Positions 62,969-64,000 of a DNA stretch of 64,000 bases are shown here, piece by piece (within the stretch, counting starts at the first letter, position 1; each line of letters starts with the position of its first letter). The translations under genes were made by a program, and so were the position numbers. Location: NCBI GenBank assembly GCA_030704615.1, contig CM060732.1, positions 7,130,001 to 7,194,000 of the forward strand, in the 5' to 3' direction. Source of the DNA: Takakia lepidozioides (lineage: Eukaryota; Plantae; Bryophyta). The notes beneath the pieces were generated by a model, which saw nothing but the letters and a program-made list of their open reading frames with translations, did no database searches and was not told the origin of the DNA.

Positions 62969-64000
62969 TATGCACAGTCGTTGTCTGAGCTTCCTCTGCC
63001 ATATTCTCTGCTCATTCTTCAACTGTGTTCTGGAGACATCAGTAAACCGATTTACACTAGATCTGCGATAGCAAGGTATAAACGTACGCGAGGAAGGAAG
63101 ATGGTTTCCTCTGAAGCGGAGTTCTTCTCTGACGACAAACCAGTGCCGTTCTCCCAGGAAGTCCTTGACAATGGATTTGCAATTGTTCTGGAACATGTCT
63201 TGGCTACCCGTTTTCAGCTGCAGAATGGCTCCATCTTTTTGGAGAAAGAGGTGTACGATCTTAAAGGGAAGTTGTTGAAATACTCTTTCCAAAACCGTGA
63301 TGAGACGGCTCATATCAGCCAGTGGAGAGTGCGTCTTGGTCGATACAGAGTACTTGGAGAGCCTCGGCGAAAGTCCCTTGGGTCATATGTGACGCCCGGG
63401 ACTGCTGCTTCGGTCGTTGAAGACAAGAGGGAGGTGGTGGTGAGAAAAGAACAGACGTCCTCCACTCCAATCGTTGAGCTTTCGGATTCGTCCGATGATG
63501 ACATAAGTGAAATTCCAAATCTAGTCCTTCCTACTGTGGTTGGAGAAGCTGATGAAGAAGAGATTTGTAGTGTCATTCCAAAATTGCGGGCGATGGGAGG
63601 AATGGCTGGATTCAAAAGTGAGTTGCGGGGAATTGATTGGGAATCTTTGAAGCAGGTGCCTGTGAAGTTCTTGCCGGAGACTTTTGATGGCGATATCCTA
63701 TTCGAGCTGCCTCCTCCTCCGCGAGTTGGAGGTGTAACAATCATGATGCATGGAATGGACAAGAAACACGACGGGCACCCGTGGTGTAGAACAAAAACAT
63801 CCAATATTCAGAATGATGACAAGCTTGTTTTCAGGAGGACAGTTTGCAATGGACACCTTAGGTGTGATAATTTGAATTGCAGACACTTTCTTCAGTCTGG
63901 GGTTCATAATCAAAGCGAATGGGAGGGTCTGGCGGAAAATCCATTTCAGCCTGGGACTGCCCCTCCACCGGCAAACACTTTCGTCTGCAAATTCTGCAAA
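62969..64000 (+). mobile_element. 5' part of a probable transposase with GCM/WRKY-like zinc domain (Mutator-like or related); open to window end, missing from ORF track
   Basis: Stop-free frame from 62969 (ATG 63101): VKFLPETFDGDILFELPP..GMDKKHDGHPWCRTKTSNI..FRRTVCNGHLRCDNLNC..VCKFCK. Confidence 0.6.

Noticed and set aside
1-64000. tRNA, rRNA or snRNA genes
   Set aside because: None recognised by eye. A tRNAscan-SE/Rfam run would be needed to exclude them.

Overview
Eukaryotic, intron-containing and transposon-dense nuclear DNA from a land plant. The mix of PLS-PPR remnants, an SH4-type trihelix gene and the TE lineages present suggests a non-seed plant such as a bryophyte (inference). The only apparently intact host gene is a two-exon trihelix transcription factor (30118-31376, -). 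The rest is decayed or nested: a PPR pseudogene turned ~120-bp satellite, CACTA pieces (one carrying an FCP1/NIF phosphatase-like domain), LINE fragments, three Ty3/gypsy-type remnants, an intron-retaining RPS3a pseudogene, a Naiad/Chlamys-type Penelope-like RT and MITE-like repeats. Two systems stand out, both DNA-methyltransferase folds in mobile or probably mobile DNA. (1) A Ty3/gypsy element (9540-~17970, -) has a complete DNMT3-like C5 cytosine methyltransferase between protease and RT, a PHD finger after integrase, and an 85-bp LTR-like repeat. (2) A spliced gene family (three copies, 48.2-62.4 kb) encodes an N-terminal ParB/Srx-like domain and, in the fullest copy, a C-terminal beta-class N4C/N6A methyltransferase fold. 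That copy lies head-to-head with a GCM/WRKY-like transposase ORF, and the family is interspersed with arrays of short palindromes. All assignments are from manual translation and motif recognition. No searches were run.
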